Below the pieces are notes generated by a model that worked only from the letters and a program-made list of their open reading frames with translations, was not told where the DNA came from and searched no databases. The translations under genes and the position numbers were made by a program. DNA of 64,000 nt from assembly GCA_963777565.1 (NCBI GenBank), contig CAVZQZ010000007.1, forward strand, positions 55,209-119,208. The letters are read 5' to 3'. This document shows, piece after piece, positions 49,678 through 60,907 of the stretch. Source of the stretch: an uncultured Thermoleophilia bacterium. Lineage in GTDB: Bacteria; Actinomycetota; Thermoleophilia; Miltoncostaeales; Miltoncostaeaceae. Each line of letters opens with the position of its first letter. Position 1 is the first letter of the stretch.

Positions 49678-49682
49678 CGCGC

Positions 49683-50573
49683 TCAGCCGGTGTTGACGAC
49701 CTCGAAGTCGGCGCCGGTGATGCGGTCCAGGGCGTGCAGGTCGTCGTCGTTCCATCCGGTGCTGGGCGCGCCGGTGATGTACCAGGGCGACCCGTTGTCG
49801 GCGAGGATCATCCCGTAGCGCTTCAAGGCCCGGAGCACGATCCGGGCCTGCGGGCCGAAGCCGGCGAGGCTCACCGACGCCTTGAGCCGCACGCGCAGCC
49901 CCATCGGCGGCAGTGCCGGGTCGTTCGACGATCCGGCCTGGTGGCGTGCCGGGAAGACGAAGGCGCGTCCGGTTCGCGGCGCGGTGAAGCGCAGCGCGTG
50001 ATCGATGGTTCCGGCGCGAACCTCGCCGTAGCGGGCCAGCCCGGGGAAGATCGGGAGTCCGGCGGCGTCGGCGCTGGTCCACCCGATCGGTCGCAGCGCG
50101 TTGGACTTGAGGTTGAAGATGGCGCCGGAGCCGGCGGTCCATCGCGTGCCCGACTTGCGCGCCGCGAAGAGCTCATAGAGCCTGCAGGTGTCGCGATCGA
50201 CGATCAGCATGTGCCGGTCGCTGCCGCCCTCGACCTTCGGTCGCGCGGGAATTGGGTACGGCCCGCGGTCCGATTCGCCCGCGTAGTCGAAGGTCACCCG
50301 GACCTTCTTCTGGGTGCGGCGGACGACGTTGAATGGGATGCCGTAGCCACCGTGATTGCTGAAGTCCGGGTGCAACGCTGCGTCGAGGCCGATCGACGCG
50401 ATGAGCGTGGCGGAGTTCGCCGTGACCGGGAGCGCCGAGACGTCGCGGTTCCAGGGGTTGGTCTTCGGGAAGATCGGGCAGGCGGGCGCGGACGGCAGCG
50501 GCGCCGCCGCCGCGGACCCCGCGATGAAGGTCATCACCGCCGCTGCGGCGAATGCACGCGTCACGTTCGTCAC
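49683..50573 (-). CDS. Secreted protein of unknown function
   Basis: GTG start with GGAGG upstream and a signal-like N-terminus (VTNVTRAFAAAAVMTFIAGSAAAAPLP). 296 aa with good codon bias and no family recognised. Confidence 0.6.
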   Translation of the reverse strand: MTNVTRAFAAAAVMTFIAGSAAAAPLPSAPACPIFPKTNPWNRDVSALPVTANSATLIASIGLDAALHPDFSNHGGYGIPFNVVRRTQKKVRVTFDYAGESDRGPYPIPARPKVEGGSDRHMLIVDRDTCRLYELFAARKSGTRWTAGSGAIFNLKSNALRPIGWTSADAAGLPIFPGLARYGEVRAGTIDHALRFTAPRTGRAFVFPARHQAGSSNDPALPPMGLRVRLKASVSLAGFGPQARIVLRALKRYGMILADNGSPWYITGAPSTGWNDDDLHALDRITGADFEVVNTG

Positions 50574-50603
50574 CGGTCTCCCCTCCCCAACGCCACTACA
50601 CTG

Positions 50604-51611
50604 ATGCTTCGAGCTTCTCGTGTGTTCCACGGTTCCGTTCCTGTGAGCGAATTCCTCCGTCTCATGCTGTCGCCGGCGACCAGGCTTCTCCACTGGGTCT
50701 GGCGGCTCTTCCTCGCGATCCTCCGCCGCGCGATGGGCAACAACGTCACGGGAACGGCGAGCCAGTTCGCCTACAACACGTTCCTTGCGACGGTCCCGTT
50801 CCTGTTCGTGGTCGTGACCGCGATCAACATGTCCGGGCCGGACGCGTACAGGGAGCTGTTCGACGCGCTCAAGGGGACGATTCCCGGGATCGACGGGCTC
50901 ACGCGCGCGTTCGAGCAGAACACCGCCCGGGGCACCGCCGCCGGGATCGTCATCGCCTTCGGCGTGGTTGCCGGCCTGTACCTGGCGTCGAATGCCATCG
51001 GTGCGCTCGTCGACGGCCTCGACCGTGCGCAGGGACTCAACCATCGCAGGTGGCTCCGCGGGAAGGCCATCAACTTCGGGTTCGCCCTCGGCGCGAGCGT
51101 CCTGGCGGTCGCGAGCACGCTGGCCCTGGCCGGCGGCCGCGAGCTGGTTCGCGGGCTGAGCCGGCTGCTCGGCGCCAGTCAGGGCGTCCGCGACCTGGCC
51201 GACTCCCTCGCGCTGCCGGTCGGCATCACGACCCTCTTTCTCTTCACCTTGCTGCTGTACCGGTTCGGTCCGAACGGTATGCGACTCGGCTTCCGCACCA
51301 TCCTCCCGGGGGCGCTGCTATCGATCGCCGCGTGGCTTGGACTCACGGCGCTCATCGGCCTGTATGCCGACGCCTTCAACAACCTCTCCTCGGTGTACGG
51401 GACGCTGGGAGGCCTGTTCGTCTACCTCACGTTCCTGTACTTCACCGGGCTCATGTTCCTGGTCGGCGCGGAGCTCAACGCCGAGCTGGTGAATCGCCGG
51501 CTGCTCCGCGCATCCGAACGCGACGCGGCCGCGCGATCCTCGGCCGCGATGGCGCCGCCGGGGCACACCGGTGCGCCGACCGTCCGGGTCCCGGACGTCG
51601 AGGCGCGCTGA
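50604..51611 (+). CDS. YihY/BrkB (virulence factor BrkB / former RNase BN) family membrane protein
   Basis: Reads GTASQFAYNTFLATVPFLFVVV...YRFGPN...YGTLGGLFVYLTFLYFTGLMFLVGAELNAEL. Confidence 0.8.
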   Translation: MLRASRVFHGSVPVSEFLRLMLSPATRLLHWVWRLFLAILRRAMGNNVTGTASQFAYNTFLATVPFLFVVVTAINMSGPDAYRELFDALKGTIPGIDGLTRAFEQNTARGTAAGIVIAFGVVAGLYLASNAIGALVDGLDRAQGLNHRRWLRGKAINFGFALGASVLAVASTLALAGGRELVRGLSRLLGASQGVRDLADSLALPVGITTLFLFTLLLYRFGPNGMRLGFRTILPGALLSIAAWLGLTALIGLYADAFNNLSSVYGTLGGLFVYLTFLYFTGLMFLVGAELNAELVNRRLLRASERDAAARSSAAMAPPGHTGAPTVRVPDVEAR

Positions 51612-51678
51612 CCCGGCTTCCCGGGAGCCGGCCCACCGGGCTCTGGCATCATCCGGATGGGCGTCGGCCCACCAATTG

Positions 51679-53697
51679 ATGGCAGACAACGCGAACAACC
51701 GAGACACGCCACCGCATCGGCGCCCCAAGAGCGGACCGCCCGGCTGGCGGGTCGAGGGGGGCCCGCCACAGAAGCAGGACGGAAAGACCCGCCGGCGGCG
51801 CATGCCCGGGGGCCACACGTTCTGGTGGATCCTGGTCGCCGCACTGGCCCTCAACTGGTTCATCGTTCAGGGCCTCATCCCCAGCGAGCCCGATCGCATC
51901 ACGATCCCGTACACCGAGTTCCTGACGCAGCTCGACAGCGCGAACGTCGTACGGATCAACTCGCGGGGCGATCAGATCCAGGGCGAGCTCCGCAACGAGA
52001 TCAAGGAGGTCGACGGCGAGAAACGCGCCAAGTTCTTCCGCACGGTTCGCCCCAGCTACGTCGAGAACGACGACCTCCAGAACCGCCTCGAGCAGAAGGG
52101 CGTGCTCGACACCGCGCGGTCCCTGGACGAGCAACGCCCGCTCTGGGAGACGATCCTCGTCGGCTTCGGCCCGGCGATCCTCCTCATCCTGCTGTTCGTC
52201 TGGTTCTTCCGGAGAGCCGCGGGCGCCGGCGGCGGGGGCGGCGTGCTCGGCTTCGGTCGATCGCGGGCGAAGCGCTACGAGGCGACCGAGCAGCGCACGA
52301 CGTTCGCGGATGTCGCCGGCATCGACGAGGTCAAGCTCGAGCTGAGCGAGGTCGTGGACTTCCTGAAGCACCCCGACAAATACCTGAAGCTCGGCGGCAC
52401 CATCCCCCGAGGCGTGCTGCTATACGGCCCTCCCGGCACCGGCAAGACCCTCCTCGCGAAAGCCGTCGCCGGCGAGGCGGGCGTTCCGTTCTTCTCGCTC
52501 TCCGCATCGGAGTTCGTGGAGATGTTCGTCGGGGTCGGCGCCAGCCGCGTGCGGGACCTGTTCAAGCAGGCCAAGGAGGCCGCGCCGGCGATCATCTTCA
52601 TCGACGAGCTCGACGCCATCGGCCGCTCCCGCGGCGTGGGAGCGATGGGGGGCCACGAGGAGCGCGAGCAGACGCTCAACCAGATCCTCACCGAGATGGA
52701 CGGATTCTCCGGTTCGGAGGGCGTCGTCGTGCTCGCCGCGACGAACCGGCCGGAGATCCTCGACGTCGCGCTCCTTCGTCCCGGTCGCTTCGACCGGCGG
52801 GTCGCGGTCAACCCGCCCGACCAGGCGGGACGGCTCGCGATCCTGAAAGTCCACACGCGGCACATGCCGCTCGCGGAGGATGTCGACCTGGAGGGGCTCG
52901 CGTCGTCCACACCGGGGATGGTCGGCGCCGACCTGAAGAACCTCGCCAACGAGGCGGCGCTCATGGCCGCGCGACGGAACCACGAACGGGTGCAGCTCGC
53001 CGACTTCACCGACTCGCTCGAGAAGATCCTCCTGGGCGCCGAGCGGAAGATCATGCTCTCGAAGGAGGAGCGCGAGCGAACCGCCTACCACGAGTCGGGC
53101 CACGCGCTGCTCGGCATGCTCGAGCCCGGCGCCGACCCCGTCCGCAAGATCTCGATCATCCCGCGTGGCCGCGCGCTTGGCGTGACCTTCCAGGCGCCAT
53201 CCGCCGATCGCTACGGCTACGGCGCCATGTACCTGCGGGGCCGGATCGTCGGGGCGCTCGGCGGCCGCGCGGCGGAGCAGCTCGTCTACGGCGACGTCAC
53301 CACCGGCGCCGAGTCTGACCTCGAGCAGGTGACCCGCATCGCGAAGCAGATGGTGGGCCGGTGGGGCATGAGTGAGGCGATCGGGCCGGTGTCGGTGCTT
53401 CCCGGACCGAACGACGAGCCACTGCTTCTGCCGGGAACCGGACCTGGCAGTCCGTCCCAACACACCCAGGAACTCCTGGACCGGGAGGTCCGGCGCATCG
53501 TCGACGAGTGCTACGCGGAGGCGCTCGACAAGCTCACCGTCAACCGCGACAAGCTGGAGGCGCTGGCGAAGGCGCTGCTCGAGCACGAGACGCTCGACGA
53601 GGCCGACGCCTACGCCGCCGCCGGGGTCCCGCGGCCGCCGCGCGAGACGCTCATCGACGCGGTTCCGATGAGCTCGGACGACGTGCCAGCGGGCTGA
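51679..53697 (+). CDS. ftsH: ATP-dependent zinc metalloprotease FtsH
   Basis: Reads [37 protein letters not shown], the SRH region, and HESGHALLG (HEXXH). Confidence 0.9.
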   Translation: MADNANNRDTPPHRRPKSGPPGWRVEGGPPQKQDGKTRRRRMPGGHTFWWILVAALALNWFIVQGLIPSEPDRITIPYTEFLTQLDSANVVRINSRGDQIQGELRNEIKEVDGEKRAKFFRTVRPSYVENDDLQNRLEQKGVLDTARSLDEQRPLWETILVGFGPAILLILLFVWFFRRAAGAGGGGGVLGFGRSRAKRYEATEQRTTFADVAGIDEVKLELSEVVDFLKHPDKYLKLGGTIPRGVLLYGPPGTGKTLLAKAVAGEAGVPFFSLSASEFVEMFVGVGASRVRDLFKQAKEAAPAIIFIDELDAIGRSRGVGAMGGHEEREQTLNQILTEMDGFSGSEGVVVLAATNRPEILDVALLRPGRFDRRVAVNPPDQAGRLAILKVHTRHMPLAEDVDLEGLASSTPGMVGADLKNLANEAALMAARRNHERVQLADFTDSLEKILLGAERKIMLSKEERERTAYHESGHALLGMLEPGADPVRKISIIPRGRALGVTFQAPSADRYGYGAMYLRGRIVGALGGRAAEQLVYGDVTTGAESDLEQVTRIAKQMVGRWGMSEAIGPVSVLPGPNDEPLLLPGTGPGSPSQHTQELLDREVRRIVDECYAEALDKLTVNRDKLEALAKALLEHETLDEADAYAAAGVPRPPRETLIDAVPMSSDDVPAG

Positions 53698-54166
53698 GCG
53701 CCTTCGCGGTGCCGGGGACCAGCCGCTCCCACAGCTCGCCGAGCGTCGCCTGCTCGTCGGCGCTGAGGCGGCCGAGAAAGCGGGAGCGCACGCCGGCAAG
53801 GTGCGTGGGGCTGGCCTGCCTGAGCTTCGCGAGCCCGGCGTCGGTGAGGACCGCGAACAGGCCGCGCCGGTCGGCGGAACACCGCTCGCGCTTCACGAGG
53901 CCGCGTCGCGTGAGGCGGTCGACGAGCCGGGTGATGCCGCTCTGGCTGATCAGCACCGAGTCGGCGAGCTCCGACATCCGCATCCGCCGTTCGGCGGTGG
54001 ACGCCAGGAACAGCAGCACCTCGTAGTCGGAGAGCGTGATGCCGTGCTGGGTGGTGAGCTCGCTGTCGAGCTCGCGTGCCAGCACCCCGTAGACGCGCAG
54101 GAAGCCGCCCCAGGAGCCGAGCTCCCGCCCGTTCAGCTCGTGCCGGGTGTCGGCCGCCGGGGTCAC
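53651..54166 (-). CDS. MarR family transcriptional regulator
   Basis: Reads ITLSDYEVLLFLAS...RMRMSELADSVLISQSGITRLVDRLTRRGLVKRERCSADRRG. GTG start at 54166. Convergent 47-nt overlap with ftsH. Confidence 0.8.
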   Translation of the reverse strand: MTPAADTRHELNGRELGSWGGFLRVYGVLARELDSELTTQHGITLSDYEVLLFLASTAERRMRMSELADSVLISQSGITRLVDRLTRRGLVKRERCSADRRGLFAVLTDAGLAKLRQASPTHLAGVRSRFLGRLSADEQATLGELWERLVPGTAKALSPLARRPSSSEPRR

Positions 54167-54222
54167 GGGCCGATGATCGCACAACCAGCTGCGCCCGTCA
54201 GCACCCGGGCCCGCCGGAGCCG

Positions 54223-56772
54223 CTACTCGTAATGCAGCGCGTCGAGCGGGTTGAGGCGGGCCGCGCGGCGAGCCGGGAACACCGCCGCGAGCACGCCGGC
54301 GATCAGTGCCAGGATGAACACAGCGATGAGCGTGCCGACCGGGACGCTGAACCTGAGGCCCTCGCTCTCGAGGCCCTTGATCATGACCCATCCGAGGAAC
54401 AGGCCGACGGCCAGCCCGATCAGGCCGCCGATTGCGCAGGTGATGACGCTCTCGTTGCGGATGATCGAGCGGATCTGCCTGCGCGTGGTGCCGACGGCGC
54501 GCATCATCCCGATCTCCCGCGTGCGCTCGTAGATCGACAGGAGGAGCGTGATCACCACACCCACGAGTGAGATCAGCACCGAGAACGCGAGGAGCGCGTA
54601 GAAGATCGTCAGGATGGTGTTGACCTGCTGGCCGATGAAGTCCTTGTACTCGGCTCGGGTCCGCACCTTCGCCGCCGGGTACGAGGCTTCGGTTGCGGCG
54701 TTCACCGCCGCCTTGCCCTGCTCGGGATCGACCCCCGGCTTGAACGAGGCGAGCAGCACCCCCAACTCACCGTCGGTGGAGATCTGCTTGAACGCCGTGT
54801 CGGAGACCGTGAACCCCGTGAACAGCTGGGGGTCCTTGTACTCGCCGATCACCTGATAGGCGGCCTTCTTGCCGTCGATCGAGGTGACGCGGAAGTTGTC
54901 GCCAATCGCGAGGTTGTGCGACTCGGCGAAGCCGTGCTCGACGAGGGCGCCGTCGGTGCCCATCAGACCGAGCAGGCTGTCGTTACCGCCCTTTTGCCAG
55001 TCGAACCGGACCTCTTTCGTTGCAGCGGCCGGATCGATGGCGTTCATGGATTCGGTGTCTCCGCCGACCTTGACCTCGGCGAACCCGACGCCGAGGGCCG
55101 ACTCCACCTCGGGCACCGATCGAGTGACGTCGACGATTCCCGCCGGCATGGACGCGAAGTTCTCGCTGACGATGACCAGGTCGGAGCGGACCGTCTTGTC
55201 GAGCGCGTCGAAGAAGGAGCTCTTGAGCCCGTCCACGAACACCGCGACGAAGACGACGAGCCCGATACCCACCATGAGCGCGGCGGCGGTGCTCGCCGTG
55301 CGAGCGGGATCGCGCATGGTGTTCTGCCGGCCGAGGCGGGCGCTCGTGCCGAAAAGGCGCTGCAGTGGCCACCCGACGCCCTGTGCGATCGGGCGAATCA
55401 GCATCCGCATGGCCATGCCAACCCCGATCAGGATCAGCAGCGCGCCGATGCCGATCAGCGCCAGCGCCTGGCTCACGCCGCCCGAGGTCCCGAAGCCGGC
55501 CACGATGGCGAGCACGCCGATCAGGCCAAAGAGGATGCCGATGTACGGCGTGAACCGCGAGAATCGCGACTTCGGCAGGACAGCCCCCTCCCGCAACACG
55601 GCGACCGGCGCGACGCGCGTGGCGCGCACGGCTGGGATGACCGCCGCGATCAGGGTGACCACCACGCCGACGATGAGCGGCACGATCACGGTGCGGGCTT
55701 GCAGCGTGATCCCGGTGGTCGGGAGACCGAACCCGGCGGCATCGAAGATCCGGTTCAGCAGCATCGCGAACAGCACGCCAACGCCGATCCCGATGATGGA
55801 GGCGATGAGGCCGATCACCGCCGCTTCGATCAGCACGCTCCGCATGATCTGCCGGCGACTTGCGCCCATCGTCCGCAGCATCGCCAGTTCACGCACGCGC
55901 TGGGCAACCGTGATCGAGAAGACGTTGAAGATGATGAACGCGCCCACCAGCACCGCGATCCCCGCGAACACGAACAGGAAGTCACGCAGGAACCCGAGAT
56001 CGTTATTGGCGTTGGAGGCCTGGCGATCGGTGTTCTCCGTGGCGGTCTCGACCAGCACGTCGCTCGGTACCACGGCTGCGATGCGCCGGGCGAGGCTGTC
56101 GGCGCTCACACCGGGGTCGGCCGCAACCAGGACGGCGTTGACGAGGTTCTCCCGGTCGAACCATCGCTGGGCATCGTCGAACGTCACCGCGGTGAGCGTC
56201 GCCCCCCCGATGGAAGTGGAGTCGCCGAACTTGAACGTGCCGACGAGGCGGACGGGCTCGACGCCGGTGCGCGTCGACAGGCCAACCGTCTGACCGAGGG
56301 TGAGCTTCTCGCGCTTGGCGAGGCCGACGTCGACGGCGACCTCGCCCGGCGCCTTGGGGAAGGCGCCGTCGACGAGTTGGTTCGACTGGAATCGCGCGCT
56401 CGGCGTCGAGAACACGAGGTTCGGGGCACCGCCCTGGGCGGAAACGAATTCGCCGTCGACGACCAGCGAGCCGAGGTCCTGGATCACGCCCTCGGCCGCG
56501 GCGACCCCGTCGACGCCCTGGACGGTTGTGACGAGCGACTCGGGGATCGGGGCCACCGGCGTGCCCTGGTCCGAATGAAACGCCTCCTTCCGGCTCAGCA
56601 CGACGTCCACGCCCTTGTTCGCCTTCTCGAAGATCTGGTCGAAGGCGCCCGTGACCTGGTCGGTCAGGACGTAGGTGCCACAGATCATCGCCGCCCCGAG
56701 CACGATCGCGAGCGCGGTGAGCGCCGAGCGGAGCTTGCGGGCTCCGAGGCTCCGGAGTGCGATGCGGAGCAT
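54223..56772 (-). CDS. ABC transporter permease, FtsX/MacB-type (duplicated FtsX domains, 849 aa)
   Basis: Starts MLRIALRSLGARKLRSALTALAIVLG. Contains two FtsX-like 4-TM modules and large periplasmic-type loops. Confidence 0.85.
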   Translation of the reverse strand: MLRIALRSLGARKLRSALTALAIVLGAAMICGTYVLTDQVTGAFDQIFEKANKGVDVVLSRKEAFHSDQGTPVAPIPESLVTTVQGVDGVAAAEGVIQDLGSLVVDGEFVSAQGGAPNLVFSTPSARFQSNQLVDGAFPKAPGEVAVDVGLAKREKLTLGQTVGLSTRTGVEPVRLVGTFKFGDSTSIGGATLTAVTFDDAQRWFDRENLVNAVLVAADPGVSADSLARRIAAVVPSDVLVETATENTDRQASNANNDLGFLRDFLFVFAGIAVLVGAFIIFNVFSITVAQRVRELAMLRTMGASRRQIMRSVLIEAAVIGLIASIIGIGVGVLFAMLLNRIFDAAGFGLPTTGITLQARTVIVPLIVGVVVTLIAAVIPAVRATRVAPVAVLREGAVLPKSRFSRFTPYIGILFGLIGVLAIVAGFGTSGGVSQALALIGIGALLILIGVGMAMRMLIRPIAQGVGWPLQRLFGTSARLGRQNTMRDPARTASTAAALMVGIGLVVFVAVFVDGLKSSFFDALDKTVRSDLVIVSENFASMPAGIVDVTRSVPEVESALGVGFAEVKVGGDTESMNAIDPAAATKEVRFDWQKGGNDSLLGLMGTDGALVEHGFAESHNLAIGDNFRVTSIDGKKAAYQVIGEYKDPQLFTGFTVSDTAFKQISTDGELGVLLASFKPGVDPEQGKAAVNAATEASYPAAKVRTRAEYKDFIGQQVNTILTIFYALLAFSVLISLVGVVITLLLSIYERTREIGMMRAVGTTRRQIRSIIRNESVITCAIGGLIGLAVGLFLGWVMIKGLESEGLRFSVPVGTLIAVFILALIAGVLAAVFPARRAARLNPLDALHYE

Positions 56773-57540
56773 CTACTCGAGCGCCTTCATGACGTCGAGG
56801 ATCGCCTCCGCGCCCATCTTGCCGCCGTCGCGGACGATCACGCCGTCCTGCAGGAACATCACGCGGTCGGCGATGGAGGCGGCGCGCGGGTCGTGCGTCA
56901 CCATGACGATCGTCTGGCCGAACTGGTCGACGGAGTGGCGCATCAGGTCGAGAATCTCCTGACCGGTCTTCGAGTCCAGGTTGCCGGTCGGCTCGTCGGC
57001 GAACACCACCGCCGGCTTCGTGATGAGGGCCCGGGCGATCGCCACGCGCTGCTGCTGGCCGCCGGAGAGCTCCGCGGGTCGGTGGTGGAGCCTGTCGCCG
57101 AGCCCGACCGACGCCACGAGGCCGGACCGCCAGGCGGCGTCGGGGCGGACCCCCGCGATCGAGAGCGGCAGGTCGAGGTTCTCGCCGGCGGTCAGCATCG
57201 GCAGCAGGTTGAAGAACTGGAACACGAACCCGATCTTCTCCCGGCGCAGCAGGGTGAGCGCCTTGTCGCCCAGCCCGGTGATCTCGGTGCCGTCGATCCA
57301 GGCCTGCCCGGTCGTCGGCGTGTCGAGCCCGGCGAGGATGTGCATGAGCGTCGACTTGCCCGAGCCGGACGGGCCCATGATCGCGACGAACTGTCCGCGC
57401 TGGAGGTCGAGGTCGACACCGCGCAGCGCATGAACGGCCGTGTCGCCCTCGCCATACCGTCTCGTGACGCCTCGAGCCGAGACCACGGCCCCGGGTTGCG
57501 GATCGGCGACGGCGGGTGTCTGTGCAACCTGCTGTTCCAC
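56773..57540 (-). CDS. ABC transporter ATP-binding protein (MacB/LolD-type)
   Basis: Reads [47 protein letters not shown] start with GGAGG upstream. The stop is adjacent to the permease ATG. Confidence 0.9.
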   Translation of the reverse strand: MEQQVAQTPAVADPQPGAVVSARGVTRRYGEGDTAVHALRGVDLDLQRGQFVAIMGPSGSGKSTLMHILAGLDTPTTGQAWIDGTEITGLGDKALTLLRREKIGFVFQFFNLLPMLTAGENLDLPLSIAGVRPDAAWRSGLVASVGLGDRLHHRPAELSGGQQQRVAIARALITKPAVVFADEPTGNLDSKTGQEILDLMRHSVDQFGQTIVMVTHDPRAASIADRVMFLQDGVIVRDGGKMGAEAILDVMKALE

Positions 57541-57639
57541 GGCGTCTCCTCCGGTGCGGGCCGAGGTGACCCTACCAGCGCCGTGTGCGGTCAACCAGGC
57601 GCCGGGTGAACACGATCGACTGAGTCTAACCTTGCGGAC

Positions 57640-59094
57640 ATGCTGCGGCCGGCCATCGTCGCGTTGACCGCCCTCGCGTGCGCCTCCCCGGCGCTCGCCG
57701 GCGATCGCGAGCTGCTCCGGGTGCTCGCCGCCGGGCTCGGGCCGACCACGTCGGCGTCCCGTGCCGCTGCGGGCGGGTCGCCGAGCCTCGTGCAGCGCCA
57801 CTATGACCGGGCGCGTGACCTGCAGGAGGCGGTTCGGCGGGCGGGGCCCTTCTCGGCCAGGTGCCACTCGCTCGGAGGCTGGGCCGCTCGTTACGCCGCC
57901 GCCGAGGTTGCCGCCGCCGAAGGGCTCGACCGGCTGGATCCCGCGCGTGCCCGCCGGCAGCGGCAGGCGGTGGCCGCCGCGCGCGCACGGATCGCGGTGG
58001 CGCGCCGGGCCTGCAGGCCCGGCGCCGCACGCGCGACGAATGGCACCCCGACGCTCGTGGATCCCCGTCCCGGGGCGGTCACGTTCGGCGACGTGATCGC
58101 ACGGGCGCCGGTGGGAGCCGACGGCGCGACGCTTTACGCCAACGGCGCCGTCGCCGGGCCGCTCGGCCTCGTCGCGGGCGTCGCCCGGTCCCGCCTGACG
58201 GGAGGTTCGGGCCGTTACACGCTGGAGGTGCGGTTCACCCGCAAGGGCCTCACGATGGGCGTCGCTCGGTCGACGGGAGTGTGGCTGCTGCCGGCCAGCG
58301 CCGCCGACCCGGCGCGTGCTCCTGTGCTCGACGAGTCCCTGCAAACCGGGCTGCGCGCTGCGACCACCGGCTTCGCCGGGATCGCCGGGGTGTGGCTGGA
58401 GGACTTCCGCACGGGGCGGGCAGCCGCGTGGAATGCCGGCGCGCAGTTCCCGGCCGCGTCGACGGTGAAGCTCGGCGTCCTCGTGGAGGCGCTTCGCCGG
58501 ATGGGTCCGCACCCCGAAGCCTCCGCCCTCTTCCACGACGTGCGCGGCCTCGCGACGTGGAGCTCGAACCTGGCCTCCAACCGCCTGCTCGGAAGGGTGG
58601 GGGGCTCGGCCGCCGTGCAACGGGCGCTTGCGAGGATGGGCGCGACGTCCAGCACGTTCACCGGGCCGTACATCGTGGCGACCGAGCGCCCGCCGGTCGA
58701 CGCTCCGCAGCCGCCGCCGCGGGTCTCCGGCCGCGTGACGACGGCACACGACCTCGGCGCCGTCCTGTCGACGCTGCACGATGCGGCCCGCGGCGACCCG
58801 GCCGCGCTCGAGCGCACACGACTCACCCGGACGCAAGCTCGGCTGGCGCTCGGCCTCCTGCTGTCATCCGAGCCGGCCGGCGACAACCTCGGGCTGTTCC
58901 GTGAGGCGCTCGGCCCGACCATCCTCGCCGCGCAGAAGCACGGGTGGATCTCGTCGGCACGCCACTCGGCCGCGGTGATCTACACGGAGCGCGGACCGGT
59001 GGTGCTCGTGCTCCTGGCCTACCGGTCGGGTCTGACGCGGCTCCAGGCGGCCCGGCTGGGCGCCGACCTCGTCAGGCTCGCGACGACGGGCTGA
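57640..59094 (+). CDS. Secreted serine hydrolase with a class A beta-lactamase-like C-terminal domain and a ~230-aa N-terminal extension
   Basis: Has a signal peptide (MLRPAIVALTALACASPALA). The motifs are ASTVK (SxxK), SSN (SDN-like) and KHGW (KTG-like). Confidence 0.7.
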   Translation: MLRPAIVALTALACASPALAGDRELLRVLAAGLGPTTSASRAAAGGSPSLVQRHYDRARDLQEAVRRAGPFSARCHSLGGWAARYAAAEVAAAEGLDRLDPARARRQRQAVAAARARIAVARRACRPGAARATNGTPTLVDPRPGAVTFGDVIARAPVGADGATLYANGAVAGPLGLVAGVARSRLTGGSGRYTLEVRFTRKGLTMGVARSTGVWLLPASAADPARAPVLDESLQTGLRAATTGFAGIAGVWLEDFRTGRAAAWNAGAQFPAASTVKLGVLVEALRRMGPHPEASALFHDVRGLATWSSNLASNRLLGRVGGSAAVQRALARMGATSSTFTGPYIVATERPPVDAPQPPPRVSGRVTTAHDLGAVLSTLHDAARGDPAALERTRLTRTQARLALGLLLSSEPAGDNLGLFREALGPTILAAQKHGWISSARHSAAVIYTERGPVVLVLLAYRSGLTRLQAARLGADLVRLATTG

Positions 59095-60430
59095 CCGGCT
59101 CCGGGATCGCGATCCACTCGGGGGCAAGGCCGTCTCCCGTGATCAGGCGGGCGCCGCGGCCCCGAGTGACGAAGCTCCACGACCATCGCACCATCACCAG
59201 GACGCGGTTCTGGAATCCGATCAGGTAGAACAGGTGGACGGCGAGCCACAACCACCAGGCCACAAAGCCGTGGAACCGCAGGCCGCGCAGTTCGGCGACC
59301 GCCTTCGCCCGCCCGATGGTCGCGAGGTTGCCCTTGTCCTTGTACGCGAACGGGACAGGTGGCTGCCCGGTGAGTCGGCGGTTGATCGCGCGACCAGCGT
59401 ACTGGCCCATCTGCATCGCCACCGGGGCGACCCCGGGAAGGGGTGTGCCCTCGACGGCGACCATGTCCCCGATGACGAACACCTCGGGGTGGCCCAGAAG
59501 GGTGAGGTCCGTGCCGACGGGCACACGGCCGATGCGATCGGTCTCGAGCCCGGCGGCTCCGGCCAGCCGCGTCGCGAGGGGCGACGCCGCGACCCCCGCC
59601 GCCCAGACGACCGTGCGCGCGGCGATGTGCTCGGACCGTCCGTCCTGCTCAACGCTCACACCCGTTGCGTCGACCTCACGGACGAAGCAGCGGGTGCGGA
59701 CGGTCACGCCGATGTCGCCGAGCGATCGGACGGCCTGAGCGGACTGGCTCGGCTGGAACGACCCGAGGATGCGCTCCGCGCCCTCCACCAGCAGCACGCG
59801 CGCGGCGGACGGGTCGTACGAGCTGAACTGGTTGCGCATGGTGTCGCCCGCGATCTCGCCGATCTGCCCGGCGAGCTCCACGCCGGTCGGGCCGCCGCCG
59901 ACGACCACGAACGTGAGCCACTCCCGTCGCGCCACCGGGTCGGTCTCCATCTCGGCGGCCTCGAACGCGAGCAGGATTCGCCTGCGGATTGCGAGCGCGT
60001 CCTCGAGCGACTTGAGGGCCGGAGCGGACTCCTGCCACTCGTCGTGGCCGAAGTAATGATTGCGCATCCCGGCGGCCACGACGAGGGAGTCGTAGGGCAG
60101 CCGGAGGTCCTCGCCGCCCCCGGCGGCGCGGCCGACGACGACCTCGCGCGAGGCCAGGTCGAAGTCGTGCACCTCGCCGAGGACCACCCGCGCGTTGCGC
60201 TGGCGGCGAAGCACGGCGCGCAGCGGCGTGGCGATCTCGCCGGGCGACAGCGAGCCGGTCGCCACCTGGTAGAGCAGCGGCTGGAAGAGGTGGAAGTTGC
60301 GCCGGTCGACGAGGGTGATGTCGACGGGCGCGCGCTTGAGCGCCTTCACCGCTCGCAGGCCGCCGAATCCACCCCCGACGACCACGACATGGTGGCGCTG
60401 CACGGCGGTCGTGTCGGCGGGTGCGGTCAT
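59072..60430 (-). CDS. ndh: Type II NADH:quinone oxidoreductase (NDH-2)
   Basis: Reads HHVVVVGGGFGGLRA...FHLFQPLLYQVATG..., with a second dinucleotide fold in VVVGGGPTGVELAG. Confidence 0.9.
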   Translation of the reverse strand: MTAPADTTAVQRHHVVVVGGGFGGLRAVKALKRAPVDITLVDRRNFHLFQPLLYQVATGSLSPGEIATPLRAVLRRQRNARVVLGEVHDFDLASREVVVGRAAGGGEDLRLPYDSLVVAAGMRNHYFGHDEWQESAPALKSLEDALAIRRRILLAFEAAEMETDPVARREWLTFVVVGGGPTGVELAGQIGEIAGDTMRNQFSSYDPSAARVLLVEGAERILGSFQPSQSAQAVRSLGDIGVTVRTRCFVREVDATGVSVEQDGRSEHIAARTVVWAAGVAASPLATRLAGAAGLETDRIGRVPVGTDLTLLGHPEVFVIGDMVAVEGTPLPGVAPVAMQMGQYAGRAINRRLTGQPPVPFAYKDKGNLATIGRAKAVAELRGLRFHGFVAWWLWLAVHLFYLIGFQNRVLVMVRWSWSFVTRGRGARLITGDGLAPEWIAIPEPVSPSSRA

Positions 60431-60474
60431 TGCACCGACGTTAGCGTTCCCGGCGACCTCGTCGCCCCAGCGGC

Positions 60475-60879
60475 TTAGCCTCGGGCTTGGTCCTCTGCCA
60501 CGCTGAGACCCATCACCTTGATGACATCGCGCATCGAGAGGATCCCGACCAGGTGGTCCTCTTCGAAGACGACGACGTGCCGGATGTGGTGACGCATCAT
60601 CGCCTCGGCCGCCTGTACCGCCGGCCAGCTCGGCGCCGCCGCGATCAGCTTGCTGTGCATGTAGTCGCCCACCCGCGCGTCATCGGGGTCGGCGCCCTCC
60701 GCGAGCGCTCGGAGGATGTCCCGCTCGGTCACGATGCCCGGACCGGGAAGCGACTGGTCGAGCACCAGCGCGGCGCCCGTGTGGTACTGGCCCATGCGTA
60801 CCGCGGCCTGGCGGAGCGTCGTGTCGGCGCCGACGGTGGCCTCGATGGGCGACATGATCTCTGACACTTGGACTGGCAT
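60475..60879 (-). CDS. CBS-domain pair protein
   Basis: 134 aa with two CBS repeats (GIVTERDILRAL and GILSMRDVIKVM). Confidence 0.8.
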   Translation of the reverse strand: MPVQVSEIMSPIEATVGADTTLRQAAVRMGQYHTGAALVLDQSLPGPGIVTERDILRALAEGADPDDARVGDYMHSKLIAAAPSWPAVQAAEAMMRHHIRHVVVFEEDHLVGILSMRDVIKVMGLSVAEDQARG

Positions 60880-60907
60880 GGCCGTAGCCTAACGATCGAA
60901 TTCCGCC

